Sequence record: SRR22947727_95
Strand: one strand, 5' to 3'
DNA: 64,000 bases
Position numbers and translations under genes: made by a program. Positions within the stretch are counted from its first letter, which is position 1; each line of letters begins with the position of its first letter. The notes below the pieces were generated by a model that was not told the origin of the DNA, did no database searches, and worked only from the letters and a program-made list of their open reading frames with translations. Below, piece after piece: positions 23,221 through 33,839 of the stretch.

Positions 23221-23691
23221 GTGAAAATTATACTTCGAGCTGATGGTATAATTCGATCAGGTCCCGAACGTTTGCTTATAGATGATTATATAAAAAAAGC
23301 AAAATCTATATCCCGTGCAGTTGGTTTCCTTGATGTTTTTGAAGAACAAATAAATTTGCGTGCTGTTAAAGCACTCTCAGAAAAGACAAAAATACTTACA
23401 CGTTACAACTCATCAAACGAAAAATTAATAATTTTAGATGAGAGAGGGCTACAACCAACATCAAAGCAGATATCGAAACAATTTTCACATTGGCGAGATA
23501 GTAATATTAGAAAATTAATACTTGTAATTGGAGGCGCTAATGGTTTTGATCAGTCCTATGTTTCCAATGATATTATTAGATGGGCATTTGGTCAACAAAC
23601 TTGGCCACATAAAATGGTTAGAGTTATGGCTGCTGAGCAAATTTATAGAGCAATGTCAATTTTATCATCCACTCCCTATCATCGCGATTAA
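23221..23691 (+). CDS. rlmH: 23S rRNA (pseudouridine1915-N3)-methyltransferase RlmH
   Basis: LDERG, IGGANG, TWPHKMVR, EQIYRA, PYHR. Confidence 0.93.
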   Translation: MKIILRADGIIRSGPERLLIDDYIKKAKSISRAVGFLDVFEEQINLRAVKALSEKTKILTRYNSSNEKLIILDERGLQPTSKQISKQFSHWRDSNIRKLILVIGGANGFDQSYVSNDIIRWAFGQQTWPHKMVRVMAAEQIYRAMSILSSTPYHRD

Positions 23692-23711
23692 ATTGTAAAA
23701 AGTAAATTCAA

Positions 23712-24878
23712 ATGAAATTTTTTATTTTAATTTTAATACTTATAGTCCCACTCACTCCTTGTTCTGGACAAGAGTTAAACCTTAATGATTTAGAAAAAAT
23801 AACTAAAGCTGAAAGAAAAGCACGCCTTAAAAGCAAAGCTCTTTCAAAAGAAAAAAAAGAAATTTCTATAGAACTAAAAAATCTTAAAATCCAGTTAATT
23901 GAGACAGCATCTACAGTAAAGAATTACGAATTAGAAAGTATTTCTTTGGAACAGCAAAAAATTAATTTATTGGCTTCTGAAGAAACGCTAAAAGAAAAAG
24001 TTTATGGTGATAAAAAAACATTAATACGCTTACTATCAACTTTGCAAAAAATAGAGAATAATCCACCACCTTTATCAATTAATCAGACCAAAGATTCAGC
24101 TATGTCAGCACAAGCCGCAATTATGGCATCTGCAATAATAAAAGAGCTTGAGAAAAGAGCGAATAAACTGGTTTTTAATATATCTGAATTAAAAAAAATT
24201 CAGGATGAAGTAACTGCTACTCAGTTTAAACTTACATCCAATGAGAAATTATTAAAAAAGCGTCAAAAAAAAATTGATCAATTAATAATCAATAAAAAAG
24301 AACTCAAAGTGAATGTTGAAAACGAAGAAGAAAAATCAATACGAGAAGTAGAAAATTTGGCTTTACAAGTAAACTCATTGAGAGAACTAATAGAGGCACT
24401 AGAAAAATCAGCTGCCAATGTAATACCTAGAATAAAACCTAGAAGAATGGACATTCCTTCCAAATTAGAGGCAGGCGCTCATTCGTTAAAAAACAATGAC
24501 GCTAATTTCTTATTATTTAAAGGTAAGTTAAATAAACCAGTAAACGGAAACCTTTTATTAAAATATGGAGGAGAAAATAAAGGTTTAACTTATTCTGCAC
24601 GTTCTAAATCTCAAGTTACCTCGCCAATAAACGGGATAATAGAGTTTTCAGGAGCATTTAAGAACTACGATAATATTGTTATTATAAATGCAGGCGAAGG
24701 CTACTTCGTTGTATTTACAGGGATAGGAGAAGTTTTTGTAAAAACAGGTGAAACTATTCAAACCGGGGAGCCTTTGGGAGTAATGCCTTTTAGCTCAAAT
24801 AATAAAACTAATTTATATATTGAATTTAGACGAGATGGAGAAACAATAAATCCCACTCCTTGGTTCAACTCAAATTAA
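23712..24878 (+). CDS. envC: Murein hydrolase activator EnvC family (coiled coil plus degenerate M23)
   Basis: Signal peptide, long coiled coil, C-terminal LYIEFRRDGETINP. Confidence 0.85.
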   Translation: MKFFILILILIVPLTPCSGQELNLNDLEKITKAERKARLKSKALSKEKKEISIELKNLKIQLIETASTVKNYELESISLEQQKINLLASEETLKEKVYGDKKTLIRLLSTLQKIENNPPPLSINQTKDSAMSAQAAIMASAIIKELEKRANKLVFNISELKKIQDEVTATQFKLTSNEKLLKKRQKKIDQLIINKKELKVNVENEEEKSIREVENLALQVNSLRELIEALEKSAANVIPRIKPRRMDIPSKLEAGAHSLKNNDANFLLFKGKLNKPVNGNLLLKYGGENKGLTYSARSKSQVTSPINGIIEFSGAFKNYDNIVIINAGEGYFVVFTGIGEVFVKTGETIQTGEPLGVMPFSSNNKTNLYIEFRRDGETINPTPWFNSN

Positions 24879-25004
24879 AACAAAGAAAAAAACAAAATAA
24901 AGTTTCCTGAATCAACTAAATCTTTAAAGCTTTGTATAGGTAATTAATTCAGTGAGCTTTACATTTTTTATGTCTATTATACAATTAAAAGTTGGAGTTA
25001 AAAA

Positions 25005-26321
25005 ATGAAATATGTATTCACAGTATTCGCAATGATATTTGCTGTATTCTTATACACCTCATCAAGCTTAAATAAAACAGCCATTGCATTCGACGGGAAA
25101 ACTTACAAAGACGCTTTTGAACAACTTGACTTATTTGCTGATGTCTTAGCACGAGTAAATAATGATTATGTCGTAGATATAAACAACACTGAATTAATAA
25201 GTGAAGCCATCAATGGAATGTTACTCTCATTAGATCCACACTCTTCTTATATAAGTCCCAAAGAATACAAAAACTTACTAATTTCTACATCAGGTGAATA
25301 CAGTGGACTAGGTATGGAAGTAACTTTGGATGAGGGCTTTGTAAAAGTTATTAGTCCTATCGATGATACCCCAGCAAAAAAAGCTGGGATTAAGCCTGGT
25401 GACTTCATTATAGAAATAAATGATGAAAGCATATTTGGGCTATCACTTTCAGAGGCTGTAGACTTAATGCGAGGAAAGCCAGGAGAGCTTGTAAACATAA
25501 CTATAGCCAGAAATAATGATGAGAGAATACAGTTCAATCTAAAGCGTGAAATAATTAAACGAAAAATGGTAACGTACAGCATAAAAGAAGGGATAGGCTA
25601 TATACGTATTTCCCAATTTAATGAAAATGCTTACCAAGAGCTTAGTAAAGCTATATCCTCATTAGAAAAAGAAATGTTTGGAAGTGTTCCAGGTTTAATA
25701 TTAGATCTTCGTGGCAACCCAGGTGGATTATTAGATCAGTCTATTAAAATAAGCTCAGCTTTTTTAGATGGAGGCAAAGTAGTTTCAACTAAAGGCAGAA
25801 AAGAAAGCGATAATAGAAACTATAATGCTGATAAAGGTGAATTACTAAAGGAAGTACCTATAATTATTTTGATTGATGAGGGCTCTGCATCTGCCTCAGA
25901 AATAGTTGCAGGGGCAATTCAAGACCGCAAGCGTGGACTAATAGTAGGTATGAAATCATTTGGTAAAGGGTCAGTACAATCTATAATACCACTAAAAGGC
26001 GGAGCAGAGGGTGCAATTAAACTAACAACACAGCGCTATTATACTCCATCGGGAAAATCTATACAAGGAAAGGGTATAACACCAAATATATTAATCGGTT
26101 ATTTTCCTGAGGATTTAAAAAAGAAAGAAAGAAAAAAAGAGGCAGATTTACCAAACACTTTACCTATTGAAACAGGAGAGCATCAAGCAGAATCTGAAGA
26201 AATAATGCCAATAGATTATCCACCCAATGGATTTAAGATAGATAGTGATTATCAATTAAAACGTTCTGTTGAAATCCTTAAAAGCGAGACATATGCTGAT
26301 AAACTCGATAGTTCTACTTAA
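25005..26321 (+). CDS. ctpA: S41 carboxy-terminal processing protease CtpA
   Basis: LDPHS, PDZ (GLGMEV), DLRGNPGG, catalytic SASASEI and SFGKGSVQ. Confidence 0.93.
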   Translation: MKYVFTVFAMIFAVFLYTSSSLNKTAIAFDGKTYKDAFEQLDLFADVLARVNNDYVVDINNTELISEAINGMLLSLDPHSSYISPKEYKNLLISTSGEYSGLGMEVTLDEGFVKVISPIDDTPAKKAGIKPGDFIIEINDESIFGLSLSEAVDLMRGKPGELVNITIARNNDERIQFNLKREIIKRKMVTYSIKEGIGYIRISQFNENAYQELSKAISSLEKEMFGSVPGLILDLRGNPGGLLDQSIKISSAFLDGGKVVSTKGRKESDNRNYNADKGELLKEVPIIILIDEGSASASEIVAGAIQDRKRGLIVGMKSFGKGSVQSIIPLKGGAEGAIKLTTQRYYTPSGKSIQGKGITPNILIGYFPEDLKKKERKKEADLPNTLPIETGEHQAESEEIMPIDYPPNGFKIDSDYQLKRSVEILKSETYADKLDSST

Positions 26322-26324
26322 GTC

Positions 26325-27665
26325 ATGTACTTATTAATTAAGAGTAGTATCCTTAAAATTACCTCCATCATATTAGCGGCCATATTCTTTACACTATGGT
26401 GCCCATACTTAGTTGCTAAAGCTCAAATAAGTAACAATAGCCAAACACTTAAAAAGCTGGAGTTATTTGCTGATATATTTTATCAAATTCGTGAGAATTA
26501 TGTAGATGAAATAGATGATGCATTGCTCATCCAGTCAGCATTAAATAGCGCTTTAAATTCATTAGACCCACACTCAGGGTATAGTAGTGCTTCTGATTTT
26601 ATTGAGCAAAAAAAAAGGGAGAAAAGAGAATATGGCGGTCTGGGGATAGAAGTTTCACTCGAAAATGAAGTTATTAAAGTCAACCATGCGATAAAGGATG
26701 GGCCAGCATATATGGCAGGAATTCGCACAGGAGATATGATCACCTCTGTCGGAGGAAATCCTGTTAAAGGCAAAACACTTGCAAAAGCAGTAGAGGGAAT
26801 GAGGGGGGATCCAGGAGATCCAATAAAATTGATAATATTAAAACCAGATGACACGAAAACTGAACTTACAGTTATTAGGCAAGTGGTTCGCGGTCGAGCA
26901 GTAAGACACAGAATTGAATCAGGTTATGGTTATGTTTATATCGAAACTTTTAATAACTCGGAGTTAACTGAAGATTTAATTGATGCGCTCAATTCGATAA
27001 CTCAGGGTCTTAATGGAGACCTACCAGGCTTGATAATTGATCTACGTGGTAATCGAGGAGGTTTACTTGAACAATCTATTAAAGTTTCAAGCTTGTTCTT
27101 AAATGGCGGTGAAGTGTTATCTGCAAAAGGGAAAAAACTTCAAGATACGCAAAGGTACCATGCTGAACATGGAGAACTATTCCCCGATACGCCAATAGTA
27201 ATTCTGATAAATTCAGGATCTGCTTCTGCTGCAGAAATTGTAGCTGGGGCTCTACAAGATAGAGGTAGAGCTGTAATTGTTGGAAGGCGAAGTTTTGGAA
27301 AAGGCTCAGTACAGTCTGTTATACCGTTATCAGAGGATAATGGTGCTCTAAAAATAACAACCCAGCGATATTATACTCCCTCTGGAAAATCCATTCAGAG
27401 TAGAGGTATTATGCCAGATGTATTAGTCGCTATAACTCCTGACACGGGAGAAATAAAAAAGCGATTAAGGGAGTATAACTTACCAAATTCTCTATCAAAC
27501 AAAGATGATACAAACTTTAAAGAAGTCTATGAAGAAATAATTTATCCGAATGACGATTGGAATACTTCGGATGATTTTCAACTTCATAAAGCAATTCAGG
27601 TTTTATCTCTTAAAAAATATCATGAAATAATTGAAAAAAATATGAATATAGGAAATTTAAATTAA
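26325..27665 (+). CDS. Second S41 carboxy-terminal protease (CtpA paralog)
   Basis: LDPHS, GLGIEV, DLRGNRGG, SASAAEI, SFGKGSVQ, TTQRYYTPSGKSIQ. Confidence 0.92.
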   Translation: MYLLIKSSILKITSIILAAIFFTLWCPYLVAKAQISNNSQTLKKLELFADIFYQIRENYVDEIDDALLIQSALNSALNSLDPHSGYSSASDFIEQKKREKREYGGLGIEVSLENEVIKVNHAIKDGPAYMAGIRTGDMITSVGGNPVKGKTLAKAVEGMRGDPGDPIKLIILKPDDTKTELTVIRQVVRGRAVRHRIESGYGYVYIETFNNSELTEDLIDALNSITQGLNGDLPGLIIDLRGNRGGLLEQSIKVSSLFLNGGEVLSAKGKKLQDTQRYHAEHGELFPDTPIVILINSGSASAAEIVAGALQDRGRAVIVGRRSFGKGSVQSVIPLSEDNGALKITTQRYYTPSGKSIQSRGIMPDVLVAITPDTGEIKKRLREYNLPNSLSNKDDTNFKEVYEEIIYPNDDWNTSDDFQLHKAIQVLSLKKYHEIIEKNMNIGNLN

Positions 27666-28156
27666 TGGAAAATGTTCAAAAATTAGGGAACTATCGACTG
27701 GCTGTAGGAGCAGCTATATTTAATAAAGATGGCCTCATTTGGCTTGGAAAAAGATATGGCCAAAAAGGTCTGTTTGATTGGCAAATGCCGCAGGGCGGTA
27801 TTGATAAAGGTGAAACACCAGAGTTTGCTGTTAAAAGGGAAATTTATGAAGAAACAGGAATTTCTGACAATTTAATCATAAAAATTGGTGAAATACATGA
27901 ATGGCTATATTATGAAATACCCTCTAATTATCAAAAAAAAAATGTTACCCACCAATGGACAGGCCAGAAACAAAAATGGTTTGCGTTCAGATTTCAAGGT
28001 GAAAATAAAGAAATTAATTTAAAAATTCAAAAGGAGCAAGAATTCTCTGAATGGAAATGGGTAAAACTATCAGAAATTGAATATAAAGTTATACCATTCA
28101 AACGAAATATTTATAAGCGAATAACTAAAGACTTTATGAAGTTCGCAGAAACGTAA
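27665..28156 (+). CDS. rppH: RNA pyrophosphohydrolase RppH
   Basis: WQMPQGGID...REIYEETG Nudix box, GQKQKWF, PFKR. Confidence 0.94.
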   Translation: MENVQKLGNYRLAVGAAIFNKDGLIWLGKRYGQKGLFDWQMPQGGIDKGETPEFAVKREIYEETGISDNLIIKIGEIHEWLYYEIPSNYQKKNVTHQWTGQKQKWFAFRFQGENKEINLKIQKEQEFSEWKWVKLSEIEYKVIPFKRNIYKRITKDFMKFAET

Positions 28157-28175
28157 ATATACTTTACCTTATAAA

Positions 28176-28718
28176 TTAAAGAGGCATTAGTGATTTATAG
28201 TTACCCTCTGGTTTAATAGTGATTATAGTATCTCCCTTACGAATTACGCCTCCAGTAATGACTACAGCCATTACTCCGGATTTATAATACAAAGTTCCAT
28301 CAGTTTTTTTTTCAATAACAGATTTTAATAAATTAGGGTGAATTTTATTTAATTTTAAACATGGTTTTCGTAAACCAGTTAACTTAAGCATAACATTTCC
28401 TATGCGCAGAATAGTATCGCTCGAAAGACTCAACAAATCTATGCCAAGAGTCGTTATATTTTCTCCCATTTGTGCAGGTAAAATTTCCATTCCTTTTTCT
28501 TTCAACTCACCAAATAACTCGGACTGAATTAAATGAACCTGACGTAAGTTTTGAAAATCTGGTGTCCTCTTTTTGTCATATAAATGTTGCACTTTTTTAC
28601 CAGCATGCACATCTCCTTTAACTCCATAATTAGCTAAAAGAGTTATTTCCTGTTTTGCTATTTTAGAAAAATTATGCTTTTTATCAGAAGCAACAGAAAT
28701 GACTTGTCCAATAGACAA
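28176..28718 (-). CDS. MOSC domain protein
   Basis: GVKGDVHAG, NLRQVHLI, GENITT, LRKPC, GVMAVV...GDTI; TTG start. Confidence 0.88.
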   Translation of the reverse strand: MSIGQVISVASDKKHNFSKIAKQEITLLANYGVKGDVHAGKKVQHLYDKKRTPDFQNLRQVHLIQSELFGELKEKGMEILPAQMGENITTLGIDLLSLSSDTILRIGNVMLKLTGLRKPCLKLNKIHPNLLKSVIEKKTDGTLYYKSGVMAVVITGGVIRKGDTIITIKPEGNYKSLMPL

Positions 28719-28720
28719 GT

Positions 28721-29110
28721 TTAATTAGCTAAAATATCTTGAAGACCATCAAGGTTCTGCTGCATGGATAATGCTGCTTCACCCTCAAGAGAAACCAAAG
28801 CCTTTTTAGCTGATTCAATTTCCTGTTTGATTTCTTTATGGTCAATATCATCGATAAAACAGGCTTTTTCTGCTAAAATAACTAACTCCTCTGTTGTTAC
28901 ATCTACGAAACCGCCTTGCACAAAAAAACTTATATTCTCATCAGATCTGTATACATTAACAATACCAGTCCTAATGGCTGCCATTAAGGGTGCATGCTTA
29001 GGGTGTATCCCCATATCACCTTCAGTTCCTGGAACATCTACATGTATCACCTCACCACTAAAGAGCTCACACTCAGGTGATACTAGCGAAAAATTTAGAG
29101 TTTCAGCCAT
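28721..29110 (-). CDS. atpC: ATP synthase F1 epsilon subunit
   Basis: LVSPE, VPGTEGDMGI...HAP, GGFVDV. Confidence 0.95.
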   Translation of the reverse strand: MAETLNFSLVSPECELFSGEVIHVDVPGTEGDMGIHPKHAPLMAAIRTGIVNVYRSDENISFFVQGGFVDVTTEELVILAEKACFIDDIDHKEIKQEIESAKKALVSLEGEAALSMQQNLDGLQDILAN

Positions 29111-29125
29111 CAGATTAAACCTTAT

Positions 29126-30649
<1,524 letters not shown>

Positions 30650-30657
30650 CTAGCTAT

Positions 30658-31557
30658 TTAAAGCGCTTCAGCGCCGGAAATAATCTCAATTAGCTCAGAA
30701 GTAATTTGAGCTTGTCGAGTTCGGTTAAATGTTAGTGTTAATTTATCTATCATGTCGCCTGCATTGCGAGTGGCATTATCCATTGCAGTCATTTTAGAAC
30801 CCATTTCGCCAGCTTGGTTTTCTAATAGTGCTGTGAATATCTGAGTATTAATATTTCTAGGGAGTAATACATTAAGAATTCCAATTTCATCAGGCTCATA
30901 AGAATATATTGCCCCATTAAGTTTAGCATCAGAAGTTTTCGGTGGTGTGACTTCGTCTAAATCAACAGATGCGGGTATAATTGTCTTTGAAATAGCATGT
31001 TGCGTCATGACGTTTTCAAACTCAGAATATATAATTTTACACACATCAAATTCATTATTTTCAAACATTTTTGTAATTTGACTACCTATCTTTTGCGATA
31101 TTCCTGAGTGGATACTACGTTCTTCCTTGAGTGAAACATTGTAAACAATCTTATTGTTATGACTTCTTTTAAGTTGGTCAAAACCTTTTTTACCAATGAG
31201 ATATAGCTTAACTGTTTTTCCTTGGTTTTCTAAATCAATTATCTCCTGATTAGCTTTTCTTACTATATTGGTGTTAAATCCACCACACAAACCTCTGTCA
31301 GCAGTTGCAACTACCAAAAGAAAAGTATCCGATTTGCCATTACCTTTTAGTAATTTAGGTGCATCTCCGACGTTTATCATAGAAGCGGCTAAATTCTTAA
31401 TTATCTCATAAATTCTTTCTGAATATGGACGTGATTTTTCCGCAGCCTCTTGAGCTTTTCGTAGCTTTGCAGCGGCAACCATTTGCATTGCCTTAGTGAT
31501 CTTTTGTGTATTTTTTACACTTTTGATCCTGTTCTGGAGGTCTTTTAAAGACGCCAT
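30658..31557 (-). CDS. atpG: ATP synthase F1 gamma subunit
   Basis: KITKAMQMVAAAK, DRGLCG, RQAQITSELIEIISGAEAL. Confidence 0.98.
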   Translation of the reverse strand: MASLKDLQNRIKSVKNTQKITKAMQMVAAAKLRKAQEAAEKSRPYSERIYEIIKNLAASMINVGDAPKLLKGNGKSDTFLLVVATADRGLCGGFNTNIVRKANQEIIDLENQGKTVKLYLIGKKGFDQLKRSHNNKIVYNVSLKEERSIHSGISQKIGSQITKMFENNEFDVCKIIYSEFENVMTQHAISKTIIPASVDLDEVTPPKTSDAKLNGAIYSYEPDEIGILNVLLPRNINTQIFTALLENQAGEMGSKMTAMDNATRNAGDMIDKLTLTFNRTRQAQITSELIEIISGAEAL

Positions 31558-31570
31558 TATACTTACCTAA

Positions 31571-33103
31571 CTAAGCTTCAAACTGTTTTGCAAATGCATC
31601 AAGGGCTGACTTCAGTCGATCTTCTATATCGTCTGTAAGTTTCTTTTGGGAAGCAATATCAGAAAGTAAAGATTTTTGTTCACTTTTTAAATATGAAAGA
31701 AGGCTTGATTCATAACTTTGAACTGACTTAACAGGTATCGCATCGAGGTAGCCACGAGTACCAGCATAAATAACTGCAACTTGCTCTTCAACTTGAAGTG
31801 GAGAGAATTGAGGCTGCTTTAGCAACTCCGTCAAGCGCTCACCACGGGACAATAAAGCTTGTGTTGAGGCATCTAAATCTGAACCGAACTGAGCGAAAGC
31901 AGCCATTTCTCTATATTGGGCCAGTTCACCCTTTATAGGTCCTGCTACCTGCTTCATTGCTTTTATCTGAGCGGAAGAACCTACACGGGATACAGATAAT
32001 CCAACATTTAAAGCAGGCCTTATACCTTGAAAGAACAAATCTGTTTCCAAAAAGATTTGGCCGTCAGTTATCGATATTACGTTAGTGGGAATAAAAGCTG
32101 ACACATCATTGCCTTGAGTTTCAATTATAGGAAGAGCAGTCAGTGAACCGCTTCCATTATCCGCATTCAACTTAGCAGCTCTTTCTAAAAGACGTGAGTG
32201 TAAATAAAATACATCTCCGGGATAAGCTTCTCTTCCAGGCGGGCGTCTAAGTAACAGTGACATTTGCCTGTAAGCAACAGCTTGCTTGGACAAATCGTCA
32301 TAAATTATTAATCCATGCATTCCATTATCTCTAAAGTATTCACCCATTGCACATCCTGCAAAAGGAGCTAAAAACTGGAGTGGAGCTGGCTCCGATGCTG
32401 TAGCAGCCACAATGATGGAGTATTCCATTGCGCCATTTTCTTCTAAAGTTTTTACAAGTTGTGCCACGGTAGAACGCTTTTGACCGATAACCACATATAT
32501 ACAGTATAGTTTATCATTTTCACGGTCTTCATCAAACGCTGCCTTTTGGTTTAGTATGGCATCTACAGCGACAGCTGTTTTTCCTGTCTGCCTGTCACCA
32601 ATTATTAATTCGCGCTGCCCACGACCAACAGGAATTAATGCATCAATAGCCTTTATTCCTGTTTGTACTGGTTCATGGACACCTTGTCGCGGCATAATTC
32701 CAGGAGCTTTAACATCAACTCGTCTACGTTCTGAAGATTTAATAGGGCCTTTACCATCAATAGGCTCTCCTAGTGGGTTTACGACCCTACCAAGTAAACC
32801 TTTTCCTACTGGAACATCTACAATTTCACCAAGACGCTTTACTGTATCTCCTTCTTTTATTCCCCTGTCATCACCAAAAATAACAGCACCAACATTATCA
32901 TTTTCGAGATTTAGCGCCATCCCTTTGATGCCTCCAGGAAACTCAACCATTTCACCGGCACCAACACTATCAAGTCCGTATATTCGAGCAATCCCGTCAC
33001 CAACTGAAAGTACTTGACCAACATCTGAAACCTTGGCTTCTTTACCAAAGTCTTTAATTTGCTTTTTTAAAATATTGGAAATTTCCGCAGCACGAATATC
33101 CAT
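31571..33103 (-). CDS. atpA: ATP synthase F1 alpha subunit
   Basis: [29 protein letters not shown]. Confidence 0.99.
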   Translation of the reverse strand: MDIRAAEISNILKKQIKDFGKEAKVSDVGQVLSVGDGIARIYGLDSVGAGEMVEFPGGIKGMALNLENDNVGAVIFGDDRGIKEGDTVKRLGEIVDVPVGKGLLGRVVNPLGEPIDGKGPIKSSERRRVDVKAPGIMPRQGVHEPVQTGIKAIDALIPVGRGQRELIIGDRQTGKTAVAVDAILNQKAAFDEDRENDKLYCIYVVIGQKRSTVAQLVKTLEENGAMEYSIIVAATASEPAPLQFLAPFAGCAMGEYFRDNGMHGLIIYDDLSKQAVAYRQMSLLLRRPPGREAYPGDVFYLHSRLLERAAKLNADNGSGSLTALPIIETQGNDVSAFIPTNVISITDGQIFLETDLFFQGIRPALNVGLSVSRVGSSAQIKAMKQVAGPIKGELAQYREMAAFAQFGSDLDASTQALLSRGERLTELLKQPQFSPLQVEEQVAVIYAGTRGYLDAIPVKSVQSYESSLLSYLKSEQKSLLSDIASQKKLTDDIEDRLKSALDAFAKQFEA

Positions 33104-33106
33104 GGA

Positions 33107-33664
33107 CTATACCTCTTTTAGGGCTATTTTGAGATCCTCAAGTTTAGTTTTGAGAGAACTATCGTAAAGTCGAGAACCAACCCGTAGGATGAAACCACCT
33201 AGCAAGTCTGGATCGACACTTGTTTCAACATCGACCTGTCGACCGAGTGTTTTCTTTAAATTTGATTTGATTTCTTTTAGTTGCGCGGGAGTCAATGGCT
33301 GTGAACTGGTGAGCTTAGCCAGCTGTGTACCTTTTTTTTGAGCTACCATTACCTGAAAAAAAGAAAGTATGTTCAGTAAATCATGTGAACGGCGATTCTT
33401 AGTTACAGTGCCAATAAATTGAGTTGATAATTTACTTAAACCTGCTGCTTTAGCAATTGAAGTTAAAACTTTTATTTTTTTTTCAACATCAATAACAGGG
33501 CTAGAAATAGCCTTCTGTAAGTCATTAGATTCTATTAATATAGACTTTAGAATTGAAACATCATTTTCTATTTTTTTCAAGGACTTAGAATCAAAAGCGA
33601 GGTCAAGCAAAGCTTGAGCGTAGCGCTTAGATGCTTCCCCAGTGATGACTTCAATTTGTGACAC
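33107..33664 (-). CDS. atpH: ATP synthase F1 delta subunit
   Basis: RYAQAL, VDPDLLGG...DSSLKTKL; GTG start. Confidence 0.95.
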   Translation of the reverse strand: MSQIEVITGEASKRYAQALLDLAFDSKSLKKIENDVSILKSILIESNDLQKAISSPVIDVEKKIKVLTSIAKAAGLSKLSTQFIGTVTKNRRSHDLLNILSFFQVMVAQKKGTQLAKLTSSQPLTPAQLKEIKSNLKKTLGRQVDVETSVDPDLLGGFILRVGSRLYDSSLKTKLEDLKIALKEV

Positions 33665-33804
33665 TATATAGAGCCTATGATTATAAAGCTATTGATAAAT
33701 AATAGCTCGAAGAAAAAGCAGAGCTCGAAGAAAATTTCGTTCAAACTCTTTAAGTTGGTGCGCGCTTTAACATGACTATTTTTAAAAGCCAAGACTCAAT
33801 AGAC

Positions 33805-33819
33805 TGCGGCAATCTGGCA
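33805..33819 (-). promoter_or_regulatory. Candidate RegA/PrrA-like binding site upstream of the F1 operon
   Basis: TGCCAGATTGCCGCA on the coding strand, 12 bp upstream of a candidate -35 (TTGGCT, 33792-33787). Near-identical to the site at 48968-48983. Confidence 0.45.
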
Positions 33820-33839
33820 TGGTGCAATTATTTGTAAAA

